Source: Octopus vulgaris (Eukaryota). From it: 64,000 nucleotides of DNA. The stretch lies in assembly GCA_951406725.2 (NCBI GenBank), contig OX597819.1, forward strand, positions 128,464,001 through 128,528,000, written 5' to 3'. The notes beneath the pieces are model-generated. The model had not been told where the DNA came from. It made no database searches and saw only the letters and a program-made list of their open reading frames with translations. This document shows positions 52,391 to 64,000 of this stretch, one piece after another (position 1 is the first letter of the stretch; each line of letters opens with the position of its first letter). Made by a program: the position numbers and the translations under genes.

Positions 52391-55300
52391 CTACTCCCTA
52401 ACCACTAACATCACTAAAAACAGGGGGCCATAACAGCCACATCGAAACACAACCTTCAGTCTATCGGAGCCAACAAGGGAGACTCTACATGGTTGCTTGA
52501 CTTGCTAGAAATATCAACCAAAACGTCACCTTACTGGCACCTGTGCTGGTGGCATGTGTAAAAGGATTCGAAAGAGGTCGTTGCCAGTACCGCCTGACTG
52601 CCCCCCCTCCCCGTGCCGGTGGCATGTAAAAATCCCCCACTACACTCACAGAGTGGTTGGCGTTAGGAAGGGTATCCAGCCGTAGAAACTCTGCCAAATC
52701 AAGACTTGAGCCTGGTGCAGCCATCTGGTTCGCCAGACCTCAGTCATTCGTCCAACCCATGCTAGCATGGAAAGCGGACGTCAAACGATAATGATGATGA
52801 CTTTCTGAATCATACCTACTGCCTCAAAATTTTTACCTAGTACTATATTAAATAATGTAGCACCAGCTCCATGATGCTTGAAAGAATTAAAAAGACAGGA
52901 TAGTCATAGTTGGAATGCATTTGATCACTGGCCCTGTTCAATCAGGGATGACCTGGAGGCTAAACAACAACTGCTGACCTGTATACGGCAGCAAAGGTTG
53001 ATGGCAGTTTCACTTCTAACCCACCTTCCAAATATGGCACTGCTACCACCGTTCTTACTCATATTACCTCTCCCCCCACCCCGCAACTTGCATCCAAATA
53101 TGACCTCCACCTAAGAAAATTAATGGCCAGAACAGCTCCACCCAAACAACCTTTGACATTAAGTAACAGCAGCAAAGTCATGGCAGCTTCTTCCCTTCCT
53201 GTACACTCTCTCTCTCTCTCTCTCTTCACACACACACACACATTTTTCTCCCTGTAGACACTCACCCCATTCCAGCCCTTAAAATAAAGAGATCAACAAA
53301 CAAAACCAAAGCCAAAACCAGTTCCAGGAAGTGGAGGAGGGGAAGTGATATGAGAAGGTCACAATGGACCATCATTTGAGATAGAAAGGCTGAGGGATGG
53401 AGGAGGTGCGATAATAATAAAGTGTGATGGTGATGGCGAGAGTTAGAGTTGTGTGTGTAAGTGTAGAGAGAGAGAGAGAGGGAGGGAGAGGGAGAGAGTA
53501 AGAGAGAGAGAGAGAGAGAGTAAGAGAGAGAGAGAGTCTATATTTTGAGAGACAGAGAGTGTATGAGGGGAATGTGTAAGTAGAGAAAATCTGTGTGTAG
53601 AGAGAGAGAGATTGTGTAGAAAGAGAGTGGGTGCATGAGAAAGTTGATTGTGTGAATCAAGAGAGAGAGAGAGAGAAAGAAAGAGACACCATAATGAGCA
53701 AAGAGAGAGAGAGAGAGAGAATGAGTATGTGGGAGACACAGAGAGAGAGCATGAGCGAGTGAAAAGATAGTATTTGTGCATGAGGAGATATATATATGTA
53801 TATATATATATATGTGTGTATTCAGATTGTGTGCATACATGTGAGTGTGTAGTAGGGAGAGGTTTTTAGAGAGAGAGAGAGAGAGAGAGAAAAGAGAAAA
53901 ACGGGGCATTTTGTTTGCACTTGCAACTTGATGGCAGCTTCTGAGCACCAAAACAACTGCACACAAAACAGATTATTCACTACCAACAACAACAGCATCA
54001 TCATCGTCATCATCACCCTGGTACAAATTTATTAGGGGTGGGATTATAATATGTGTGGCGTGTTGTGGGATTCGGAGAACAAACAGCAAGCTTAACAGTG
54101 ACAACAACACCAACACCAACAGCAACAACAACAACAGCTGAAGTGAATTGATTGTAATGTAAGCACAAATAGTCCGGGGTTGCTGTGATCTTTTTTGAAA
54201 TGATGTTGACACACGTCAGGGAGAGAGAGAGAGAGGGGGGGAGAAAGAGAGAGAGAGAGAGAGAAGGGGAGAGAGGGGTGCTTTGTGCTCTCTGCTAGGT
54301 TAAGGTAATAAAACTGTGCAGAATATAGGGGGTCCAGTGGCACACCGTAATGACTCATAAACCCCAATGTATATATACACACATATATACACAACTGATG
54401 GTGTTTGTTAAATAACAAACCACACAACAACACACAACCACCACTCAACCACCACTCAACACCAGCAGCAGTAACATGCAGCATACACTAACAGCCATCG
54501 ATGACAAATTTCAACATTTGTCTTTGAAGCCTAAATCTCCGCAGCATTCCCCATGAACGCAAACACACAAACACCCACATAATACAAAGACAAATAGAAA
54601 CAGACAATACAGAGGCACAAGCACACACATAGAACATATGGCCATGCACTCAACACAAATCAAAGACACATACACACAATACAGGAAGAGAGTACACAAA
54701 CACACAGACACTATGCAAGTACAAACACACAGACAATACATGAATGTAATACACACGCACACACAACACAATACGTGGATATAAACAATGTGTTAATGGT
54801 GTGTTACCGGCACCGGCACCGTACGCAAAACAACAGCACTGAAACCCATCCACCCGACCAACATGCACACAGCACATGTACACACATACAGCACACAGCA
54901 CATGTACACACATACAGCACACACTAACAAGCAAAGCAATGACAGATTTCAACATTCTCATAGAAGTTTAACCCCCTCCCGTTCGCCCTGCCGCCCCGCC
55001 CACTTCTACCGGCAGCATTTGTAGAGCTGGAATTAAGAAAATGCAGAGAGTAAAACAAATAGAAAGAGAGCAAGATGAAACGATGCTCCATCACCTGTAT
55101 AAATGTAATAAAAAAAAATTACAACTGATTGAGCGAGATAGAAAAACAAAACAGAAGGCTTTTAGATCAATCAGCCGCGACAAACGAGCGAGCTAACACA
55201 TCCAACACTGGAAATTGAAAACAACAACAACAACGACAACAACTTCATTGTCAAACAGAAACACAAATAAGGCAATGGGAGAAATGCTTCGTATGCAGTT

Positions 55301-55711
55301 GCTCAACTGGCTAGAAATAACAACCAGGTTTCCTTCATAACAAGCTAAATACTACCGTAAAAGAAGGCAGGACACACCGGATATACATACATATATATAT
55401 ATATATCATCATCATCATTTAACGTCCGCTTTAAATGATGATGATGATGATGATGATGATATATATATATACATACATACACACACACAGCGAGGTCATT
55501 GCCAGTACCGCCTGACTGGCCCCCATGCCGGTGGCACGTAAAAAGCACCCACTACACTCTCGGAGTGGTTGGCGTTAGGAAGGGCATCCAGCTGTAGAAA
55601 CTCTGCCAACTCAAGATTGGAGCCTGGTGCAGCCTCCATGGCTTACCAGACCCCGGTCGAACCGTCCGACCCATGCCACCATGGAAAACAGATGTTAAAC
55701 GATGATGATGA

Positions 55712-55754
<43 letters not shown>

Positions 55755-57249
55755 ATTTGTATGTTTGGCTAGTGACTTGATCTGAGACTATATATATAGG
55801 ATGATTATAACAGTTTTGCATATATTTTTTTTAAATGACTAAAATAGGCCCTTCCACAAGGGGTTGTTTGTTCTGTTTAATTTTTTTCTAAGAGGTGGTA
55901 TGTCTTAATGAGACAGACAAAGCATACAATATTTTTGCAGGAGTCTCCAAGACTAACAGGAGGGAAAAGAGGAATAAACCATCACTGATGGATTGCTCCA
56001 GTAAAAAGCAGTGCATTGAGCTGAGTTACCCTTCAATCAAACATTAAACCCACACACTTGTAAAAGAGAAAACTGATAAAACCCCAGGACAGGATGAAAT
56101 GTTGTTTAACCCTAGATCAGACCTGGTCAGGCAGACCAGGCCTAAGATCAAAGTCATTCCAACCATAAACATTCTGTCACTCTCCACTCTGTAATAGACT
56201 CATCATCATCATTATCATCGTTTAACGTCTGCTTTCCATGCTAGCATGGGTTGGACTCATGCTAGCAAAAAAGTCCAAACTCATGGATGGATTAAACTCC
56301 CACCTAATAATCCATAGACCTGATAGATTGATAAAAGAACTTCTTCGTGGTTTGCCCAATCTGCTGAAATATCAGCAGAATTCACCTCAGATCATCATCA
56401 TCGTTTAACGTCTGTTTTCCATGCTGGCATGGGTTGGATGGTTCGACCGGGGTCTGGGAAGCCAGGAGGCTGCACCAGGCTCCAGTCTTGATCTGGCAGA
56501 GTTTCTACAGTTGGATGCCCTTCCTAACAACAACAACTCCGAGAGTGTAGGGGGTGCTTTTATGTACCACTGGCATGAGGGCCAGTCAGGTGTTACTGGC
56601 AACGACCTCACTCGAATCCTTTTACACATGCCACCAGCACAGGTGCCAGTAAGGCGACATTGGTAACGATCACACTCGAATGGTGCCCTTTTACATGCCA
56701 CTGTGTCAGAAAAGAACATGTTGGACAATGTGGTCTGGGCTTCATGCATATAAGTATGCTTGATTAGGACAGATCTAAGGTAAAACATGTGCATGTCTGC
56801 AAGAAAAAAAGGAAACAGTTATGGTTGGTATATCTTTGATCATAGGTCTACTGCTTGATCAAGCCTGGCCTGAGGGCTAAACAACAAAAAGAAACAACAA
56901 ATAAAACCCCCACACAGTTCTTCTAAGGGAGTTACTTCTCACTCAGAAATATATCTCATATTTGCTTAGTGGCATTGCTTTGTATTTTTTTTTTTTTTTT
57001 TTTAGAAATTTCATTTAATCTCAGCTACAAAATTAATAGAATTCTTGAAATTTTTCAACATTCAGGCACAGGCATGGCTGTGTGGTTAAGAAGCTCCCTT
57101 CACAATCACTTGGTTTCGAGTTCAGTCCTGCCTTCAGATCAACCAATACCCCATGACTAAATTTGGTAGCCAGAAACTGTGTGGAAACCTTTGTGTGTGT
57201 GTCAGCCACCCCACCCCCCATATATGTGTGTGTGTGTGTGTGTGTGTGG

Positions 57250-57555
57250 AGGCACAATGGCCCAGTGGTTAGGGCAGTGAACTCGCGGTTGTAGGAACGC
57301 GGTTTCAATTCCCAGACCGGGCGTTGTGAGTGTTTATTGAGCGAAAACACCCAAAGCTCCACGAGGCTCCGGCAGTGGGTGGTGGCAATCCCTGCTGTAC
57401 TCTTTCGCCACAACTTTCTCTCACTCTTTCTTCTGTTGGCCTGCTCGCTTAGCCAGCGAGATGGCATCATTTGAAGGCTAAAACAATGCAAAGCGCATTG
57501 TGACCAGCGATGTGTAGCAACAACTGATAGCCTGGTCGATTGATATATACGGTGA
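57250..57555 (+). mobile_element. SINE family C
   Basis: Homologous to 20060-20356. Confidence 0.88.
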
Positions 57556-58057
57556 TATATATACACACACACACAATGTATTCATAATATGTCCTACTCC
57601 AGTGCATCCATCACATATGAAGCTTATGTCCTCTGCTAATCTACTTTGGATTCCACTCCATCTCTTGTGTGTTCACAGCTTACACTGTGCTCCCCTCCCA
57701 CTTCTTCTTGAAGGACCATAAACAGGATTTGAATAGGCAGTTATCCATGTAAATGCAATCTTTCTGTCTACTTTTATCTGCCTTTTTTTAAACACACACA
57801 CACACATTTTACACACCCACTTCAGAATCAATGCTGGTGTGTTTGCATACCTCTAACTCAGTGGTTTGGGCAGAAGAGATTGATAGAATAAGTACCAGAT
57901 TTTTTTTTTTTAAATTAAGAATTGGATTTCATTGAACTAAAACACTTTAATCCAGTGCCTTACTATGGACCTAATCCAATGACTGAAACAGGAGATAAAA
58001 AATTCAGTATCATTTTAGCAACAATTCTGAAGAAACTGAAATATTCTAATCAAACCA

Positions 58058-58610
58058 GGTGCAGGTATGGCTGAGTGGCAAGAAGTTCGCTTCCCAAGGC
58101 AGCAAGCTGGCAGAATTGTTAGCACGCTGGGCAAAATGCTTAGCAGTATTTCATCTGCCGCTACGTTCTGAGTTCAAATTCCACTAAGATTGATTTGCCT
58201 TTCATTCTTTCAGGGTCGATAAATTAAGTACCAGTTACGCACTGGGGTCGATGTAATCAACTTAATGTCCTTGTTTGTCCGCTCCATGTTTAGCCCCTAG
58301 TGGGCAATAAAGAAATAAGTTCACTTCCCAACCACATGCTTTCAGGGTTTATACTCCTACTGTGTGGCACCTTGGGCAAGTATCTTCTACTATAGCCTCA
58401 AGTCAACAAAAGTCTTGTGAGTGGATTTGATTGATGGAAACTGAAAGAAGCCCGTTGTATATGTGTGTGTCTTTGTGTCTGTGGCTGTCCTCCACCACCA
58501 CTTGATGACTTAGTGTTGATGTATTTACGCCCCTGTAACTTAGCGGTTCAGCAAAAGAGACCGATGGAATAGGTACCAGGCTTAAAAAGAAAATAAGTAC
58601 TGGGATCAAT
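58058..58610 (+). mobile_element. SINE B interrupted by a full SINE A (58098-58316)
   Basis: The 15-bp TSD aagttc(g/a)cttcccaa occurs at 58083-58097 and 58317-58331. Confidence 0.88.
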
Positions 58611-61600
58611 TCATCATCATCATCATCATTTAACGTCCGTTTTCCTCAATTTGACTGAGGACTGGTGAACCAGAGGGCTGCACCAGGCTCCAGTCTGATT
58701 TGGCAGTGTTTCTACAGCTGGATGCTCTTCCTAATGCCAACCACTCCGAGAGTGTAGTGGGTGCTTTTTACGTGCCAGGGGAGGCTGGGAGCAGCCACGA
58801 TCGGTTGGTGCTTTTTACATGCCACCGGCACAGAAGCCAGTCAAGGCGGCGCTGGCATCAGCTACGTTCGGATGGTGCTTTTTACATGCCACCGGCACAG
58901 GTATCAACTACAATTTCCATTTGATATTTATTTTGATATTGATGTAAAAAAAAATAATAAATATCAAACGGAAATTGTAGTTGTGATACCTGTGCTGGTG
59001 GGACATAAAAAGCACGATCCGAACGTGGCCAATGCCAGCACCGCCTTGACTGGCTTCTGTGCCGGTGGAACATGACCTGCTGTGCTTGAGGAGACCTATT
59101 GAGTCAAGTACATCAACATCAAAATAAATACCAAATGGAAATTGTAGTTGTGAGCCCTGTGCCAGTGACACATAAAAAGCACCATCCGAACGTGGCCGAT
59201 GCCAGCACCGCCTTGACTGGCTTTTGTGTCGATGGCAGTTTAAATAAATTCCCCAAGGCAGTGCCCCAGTATGGCTACAGTCTAATGACTGAAACAAGAT
59301 AAAGATATCTAACAGAATTGCCAAACCTGTTTTTTGAGGGAGCAGTGGAGAGGCTCCTTATTTATCTATCAGTTTCAGGCATTGTACTATGGTCATGTGA
59401 CTGACAGGGATACCCCTTTCAAGGGTTTTAGTGGAAGGGATATCAAAGCCTTCTCTAGTACCTGTTTTACTGAATCCCTCTCAATGCTTTGAATAGAATG
59501 GATTCTGCTGAAGAAACTCCAAAACCAAGTGGTGATTCTGGATTGGGCAATGGATGAGAGCTACTACTCAACTTAAATCTAACAACAGTATACCAACTGC
59601 ACATTCCACATAACACAATTCTAAAGCCAACCAAAACAAACACATCTTTTAATCTGAGAAAACATTATTTTTAAAAAATTAATACAACTTAACATACATT
59701 TTATCAGTTAAAAAAAATTATTCAAATTGATAAAATTGAGAATGTTTTCATAAAGTAAAAAGAATGGGGGGAAAAAAAAAAGAAAAATTTTCTGAAATTT
59801 GATATCAGATCGAAATTCAATAAAATAAATTAATAAAGACTTGAAAATTTTAATCAGTTTGAATTTCAATAATTTGTAAAAAAAAAAAAAAAATTTATTT
59901 GAGTTGGAATTTGGATTTCAATTTTTTTTTAATCTCTTTCATTCAAACTTTTCGTCCAGATTTCAATCTATTTTATTTATTTTATTTGTTTATTTTGGAA
60001 TGTTAGATTTTTGCTTTGTTTTTTGGGGTGTTTTTGTGAATCTGAAACTAAAATAAAAAATTTCAATCAAAATTCTTGTTGTCTCTGATCAAACAGACTT
60101 ATGATGAAAGGCATTCCAGCCATGGCCAATCCAACTTTTATCTGTGTCCTTCCATTTTGGGGGGGAGGGAGTGGGGGAGGTTGTTTTGTTTTTCCTTTTA
60201 ACAATAGTAGGGAGTGATTTAAGTGAGATTTGGTTGTTATTTCTAGCAGGAAGAGCAACAACATAGAGGCTGCCCAAAACAGTTCTGAAGGTCCTGTGAT
60301 GCTTAGAACTCATGTCTCAGTTTGAAGTGGTTCAATTTTTTTTTTAAATCTGGAGAATATACCAGTCAGAGAAGCTCCATCAAGCTGAGTGAAATCGTAG
60401 TCATGGCCAATGCCAGTATTGCATAACCGACCTCCGTGCCAGTGGCACATAAAAAGCATCTTTCAAACTTTGGGTCTCGTGGAGGGAATGACAAGTGACA
60501 GAGACCTTTGGCAATATATTGTTTTTGAGAAGACCTGTCAAGTCAAGTGAGATTGCAGTCGTGGTTGACCCAGTGTTCCATAACTGGCACCCATGCTAGT
60601 GGCACATAAAAAGCACTCACTACACTCTTGGAGTGGTTGGCATTAGGAAAGGCATCCAGCAGTAGAAACCATGCCAAATCAAACAGGAACCGGGTGCAGC
60701 TCCCCACCTCACCAGTTTTCAAACCATCCACCCCATGCCAGCATAGAAAAGGGATGTTAAATGATGAGGATCTCAACCAACACTTCAAAGGACTCCATTT
60801 CTATTCCCAACAGTTATAAATCAAGTGGTCCCCAAATACAGAAGGGAATCTTTGCCATAGAATTCCGTGAGCCGAAAGTGCACGGTACCCTAGCTACATA
60901 ACCACACAACTAGAACATATTTTAAAAATGAGCTACAAAGGGGTCTCTGTATAACTGTTGTTTTGTTTAGCTTTGGGTCAGCCCATGTTAAGCAGACCTA
61001 GGATGAAAGGCATTCCAGCCATGACCACTCCATCTTTTCCTATCTGCAGAAAACCCAGGACTACATTATCCAGCATGTCCATTTTAATATGGTAGGGTAT
61101 GTATTGAGAGAGATGGGTTGTTATTTCTAGCAGGTCAAAAGGACCATATAAGATTTGTTTGATCTTTAAGAAATAGCAGCCAAATCGCCCTCAAATTACC
61201 ATCTTAAAAAGATATGATCATAGTTTTTACTTCCCTCCTTGAGCCCTCAACTTCTGATGGAGTTGTAGGGGCAATATCATGGTACAGAAAGTATCTTGGG
61301 CATTTTATACTTGGCAAAGCTCATCTCTTTCCTAGGGGATTTGAGAGAGAGAGAGAGAGAGAGAGCTAGGACTGGCCCCAATATTGGATTGGTGCTTTAT
61401 TTATCAATCCCAAAAAGATGAAAAGCAAAGCTGATCTCAACAGGATTAAAAAATTCAGAGTGTAAATGGCTGGAACAAATACAAGGTATTCCATCCAATG
61501 CCAATTGTCACGATAATGTGATCAGGGATACACTGAGAAAAATATCAGAATGGTCACTGCTGGAGTTCATTTGATTGTAGGTCGTTCAAAATCAGGGATG

Positions 61601-62983
61601 ACCTGGAGCGAAGCAATTAAAACAAATCATCATCAATCATCGTTTAACGTCCGCTTTCCATGCTAGCATGGGTTGCATGGTTCGACTGGGATCTGGGAAG
61701 CCAGGAGGCTGCACCAGGATCCAGTCTGATCTGGCAGTGTTTCTACAACTGGATGCCCTTCCTAATGCCAACCACTCCGTGAGTGTAGTGGGTGCTTTTT
61801 ATGTGCCACCTGCACAGGTGACAGGCGAGGCTGGCAAATGGCCACGATCAGTTGGTGCTTTTTATGTGCCACCAGCACGGAGGCCAGTCGAGGTGGTGCT
61901 GGCAACGGCCAGGTTCAGATTGGTTCTTTTACGTGCCACTGGCACTGGTATCACAACTACAATTTCCATTGATTTTTTATCAATTTCGATTTCACTTGCC
62001 TCAACAGGTCTTCGCAAGCAGAGTCTTGTGTCACAGCAAAATCAAATTTAGATGATACAAGAAATCAGATGGAATCTAGAATTGCACACTAAAGGAGATG
62101 GTCACATTTCCTTGAGAATCACAAGTAAAACTGTGATTCTCACAAGAGGTAATTGCCAATATCTGGCTCTATGGATGTTTCTTATTTCTTTAGCACGGGG
62201 CTCGAGTGCCAGTAATGCGACACTGGTAACGATCACGCTCGAATGGTGCCTTTTAAGTGCCACCGGAATGGAAGCCGGTTAGCCGCTCTGTCAATGATCA
62301 CACTCGTATGGTGCTCTTTGTACCCTGCTAGCACGGACGCCAGTCATCGATTTTGATTTTGATTGATGTACATATAATAGCACCTAATATATCATCATCA
62401 TCATTTAACGTCCGCTTTCCATGCTAGCATGGGTTGGACAGCAACTGGGGTCTGGGAAGCCCGAAGGCTGCACCAGGCCAGTCAGATCTGGCAGTGTTTC
62501 TACAGCTGGATGCCCTAGAAACACTGCCAGATCTGACTGGCCTGGTGCAGCCTTCGGGCTTCCCAGACCCCAGTTGAACCGTCCAACCCATGCTACTGCA
62601 TTTTATTTAGCTAGGGGCTAATTTTATTTGAATGGGCATTAGGAGGCATGAAGAGATGAAGAGAGGGAGTAACAGGGACCCAATGAATTATTGCTTGGTT
62701 TTTATACAAAAAAGGTTGTGGTCAGACCAAGGCAGAACAGATTAGTTAATCTGCATAAATGAGGCTATCATGTATCTGCTATAATGGTCAACAGGTCAGT
62801 TATCCCCCACAAGACACTGACCACTTCGGGTTGCCATCTGGCCACTTCACTGCTGAAATCAACGAAACAATTCAAGAAGCAGGTGGACACACATCAAGAG
62901 GATGTAGAATGAAAATTTGGGGTAGGGGGATAGACACCATATTGAACAACAATAACAAACAAAGAGTTTCAAATACAACTTAC

Positions 62984-63064
62984 CTCTGTGATCATATTTA
63001 TCATTCTGCCTCGAGAGGTCCCTTTGAAGACAGCAAGTTCAATAAGACAATCTTCATCTATCTC
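62984..63064 (-). CDS. MELK: MELK coding exon (first in window), start of UBA region: EIDEDCLIELAVFKGTSRGRMINMITE
   Basis: Acceptor ttttgttcctcag|GAG and donor GAG|gtaagt. The exon is 81 nt, phase 0-0. It resembles the post-kinase MELK segment (LDDDCVTELSV...) and joins the next exon in frame. Confidence 0.9.
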
Positions 63065-63369
63065 CTGAGGAACAAAAGACAGGTAAATCTAAGCAAGATG
63101 TTTTCAGAAATATTTATCCCTGCTCCAATTTTTTTTTTTAAATAATTAAAAAAAAGAATACCCACAAAATTTAAAATAAGAGTCATATTAAGACATTATA
63201 AACAAAATCATTACATATATGTCCCAGTTTTAGAATGGTAAATCACATCCTTTGGTTCCATAAGAGGAGATTGAAAGAGTTGGCATAAAACACTACAGCA
63301 GAAAAACTAACTCATGCCAGCATAGAAAAGTAGATGTAAAAGACTACTGTGGACAGAATTCATGGCAGC

Positions 63370-63490
63370 ACGAGATCCAAGAAGACGTGGGATAAAGTAC
63401 TCAAGGCCAATCTCAAGCATTACAGAGGAGATGACAAAGGACTGAGATAACTGGTATTTTGCTGTGCTCAAGAAGACCTGTCCATTACAG
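63370..63490 (+). mobile_element. Degenerate RTE LINE RT C-terminal fragment
   Basis: ccaagaagacgtgggataaagtactcaaggccaatctc...gctgtgctcaagaagacctg resembles the reverse complement of 50620-50735. Confidence 0.6.
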
Positions 63491-64000
63491 CAAAACTGAT
63501 GTCCCAAAACCACTTGGGTTATGCATGTACATGCAAAGCCTTGTCCCCATCTCCTTGGCTGCAGAACTCACCTTGCACATATTACATCCCACCCACTTCC
63601 TACAGCCTCCTGCAACCACTTCCATTCCCATCATCCCTGCCCACACTATGTCAACAATTCACCTCCTTTCAGACCCTTCAGCCACTGCCCTCTTTCCTCC
63701 CTCTGAGTACTTCATTCTCAACACATCTCTTTGTTATCATTTTCAATGTCATCCCATATCTACCATCATAACCCACCTACGATAGCCCCTTAAATCAATT
63801 CAATGACTGGCATTCATGCTAGCGGGGTGCAAAGAGCACCATACGAGTGTGATCGTTGACAGAGCAACTAACCAGCTTCCGAGCCAGTGGCACATAAAAG
63901 GCACCATTCGAGTGTGATCGTTACCAGCGTCGCCTTACTGGCACTTGTGCCTGTGCTAGTAGGGTGCCAAGAGCACCATCCGAGCGTGATCGTTGCCAGA

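Larger units (their letters stand above)
31735..64000. mobile_element. About 25 dispersed copies of repeat family E, the RTE-LINE 3' end with a (GAT)n tail, in both orientations. Examples start at 31735, 32787, 34447, 35044, 36055, 37471, 38707, 40895, 41425, 42105, 45614, 50149, 51312, 52522, 55490, 56392, 58612, 60375, 61627, 62393 and 63800.
   Basis: The shared core is gagtggttggcgttaggaagggcatccagctgtagaaa...ccaacccatgctagcatggaaagcggacgttaaac(gat)n, with a variable number of about 60-bp ggtggcacgtaaaaagcacc subunits. The span marks the distribution and is not one element. Confidence 0.88.

Noticed and set aside
53266-53270. Alternative MELK first exon ending ATGGG|gt
   Set aside because: It is phase 2 while the next MELK exon is phase 0, so the join stops within a few codons.
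54935-54975. SECIS element (ATGA...AA...)
   Set aside because: The spacing and the 3' GA quartet do not fit, and no selenoprotein ORF is nearby.
59700-60070. AT-rich quasi-palindromic region
   Set aside because: The apparent symmetry is explained by A/T-run composition, with no alignable arms.

Overview
This is animal genomic DNA that is AT-rich and packed with microsatellites and transposons. It is most likely an octopus or other coleoid cephalopod, inferred from the repeat landscape and not confirmed. Almost all ORFs in the supplied track are microsatellite or repeat artefacts. The one well-supported gene is the 3' half of MELK (maternal embryonic leucine zipper kinase) on the minus strand. 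It has seven phase-consistent GT-AG coding exons between 63064 and 36439, encoding the UBA region, the TP-rich linker and the KA1 domain; the kinase domain lies beyond the right edge. The stop codon is followed directly by a consensus splice donor, which implies a 3'UTR intron and a terminal non-coding exon at about 31495-27715. The rest consists of several tRNA-derived SINE families, about 25 copies of an RTE-LINE 3'-end repeat found only in MELK introns, Penelope-like fragments, degenerate mariner, Tc1, pogo and hAT transposases, MITEs and long microsatellites. The notable structures are many short-spacer foldback palindromes (one enclosing a minimal hammerhead-ribozyme motif), a four-unit SINE array within one TSD, nested SINE insertions, and a transposon-free island in MELK's long intron. 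I found no CRISPR, rRNA or true tRNA genes, and no clearly novel protein-coding system. All alignments were done by eye.
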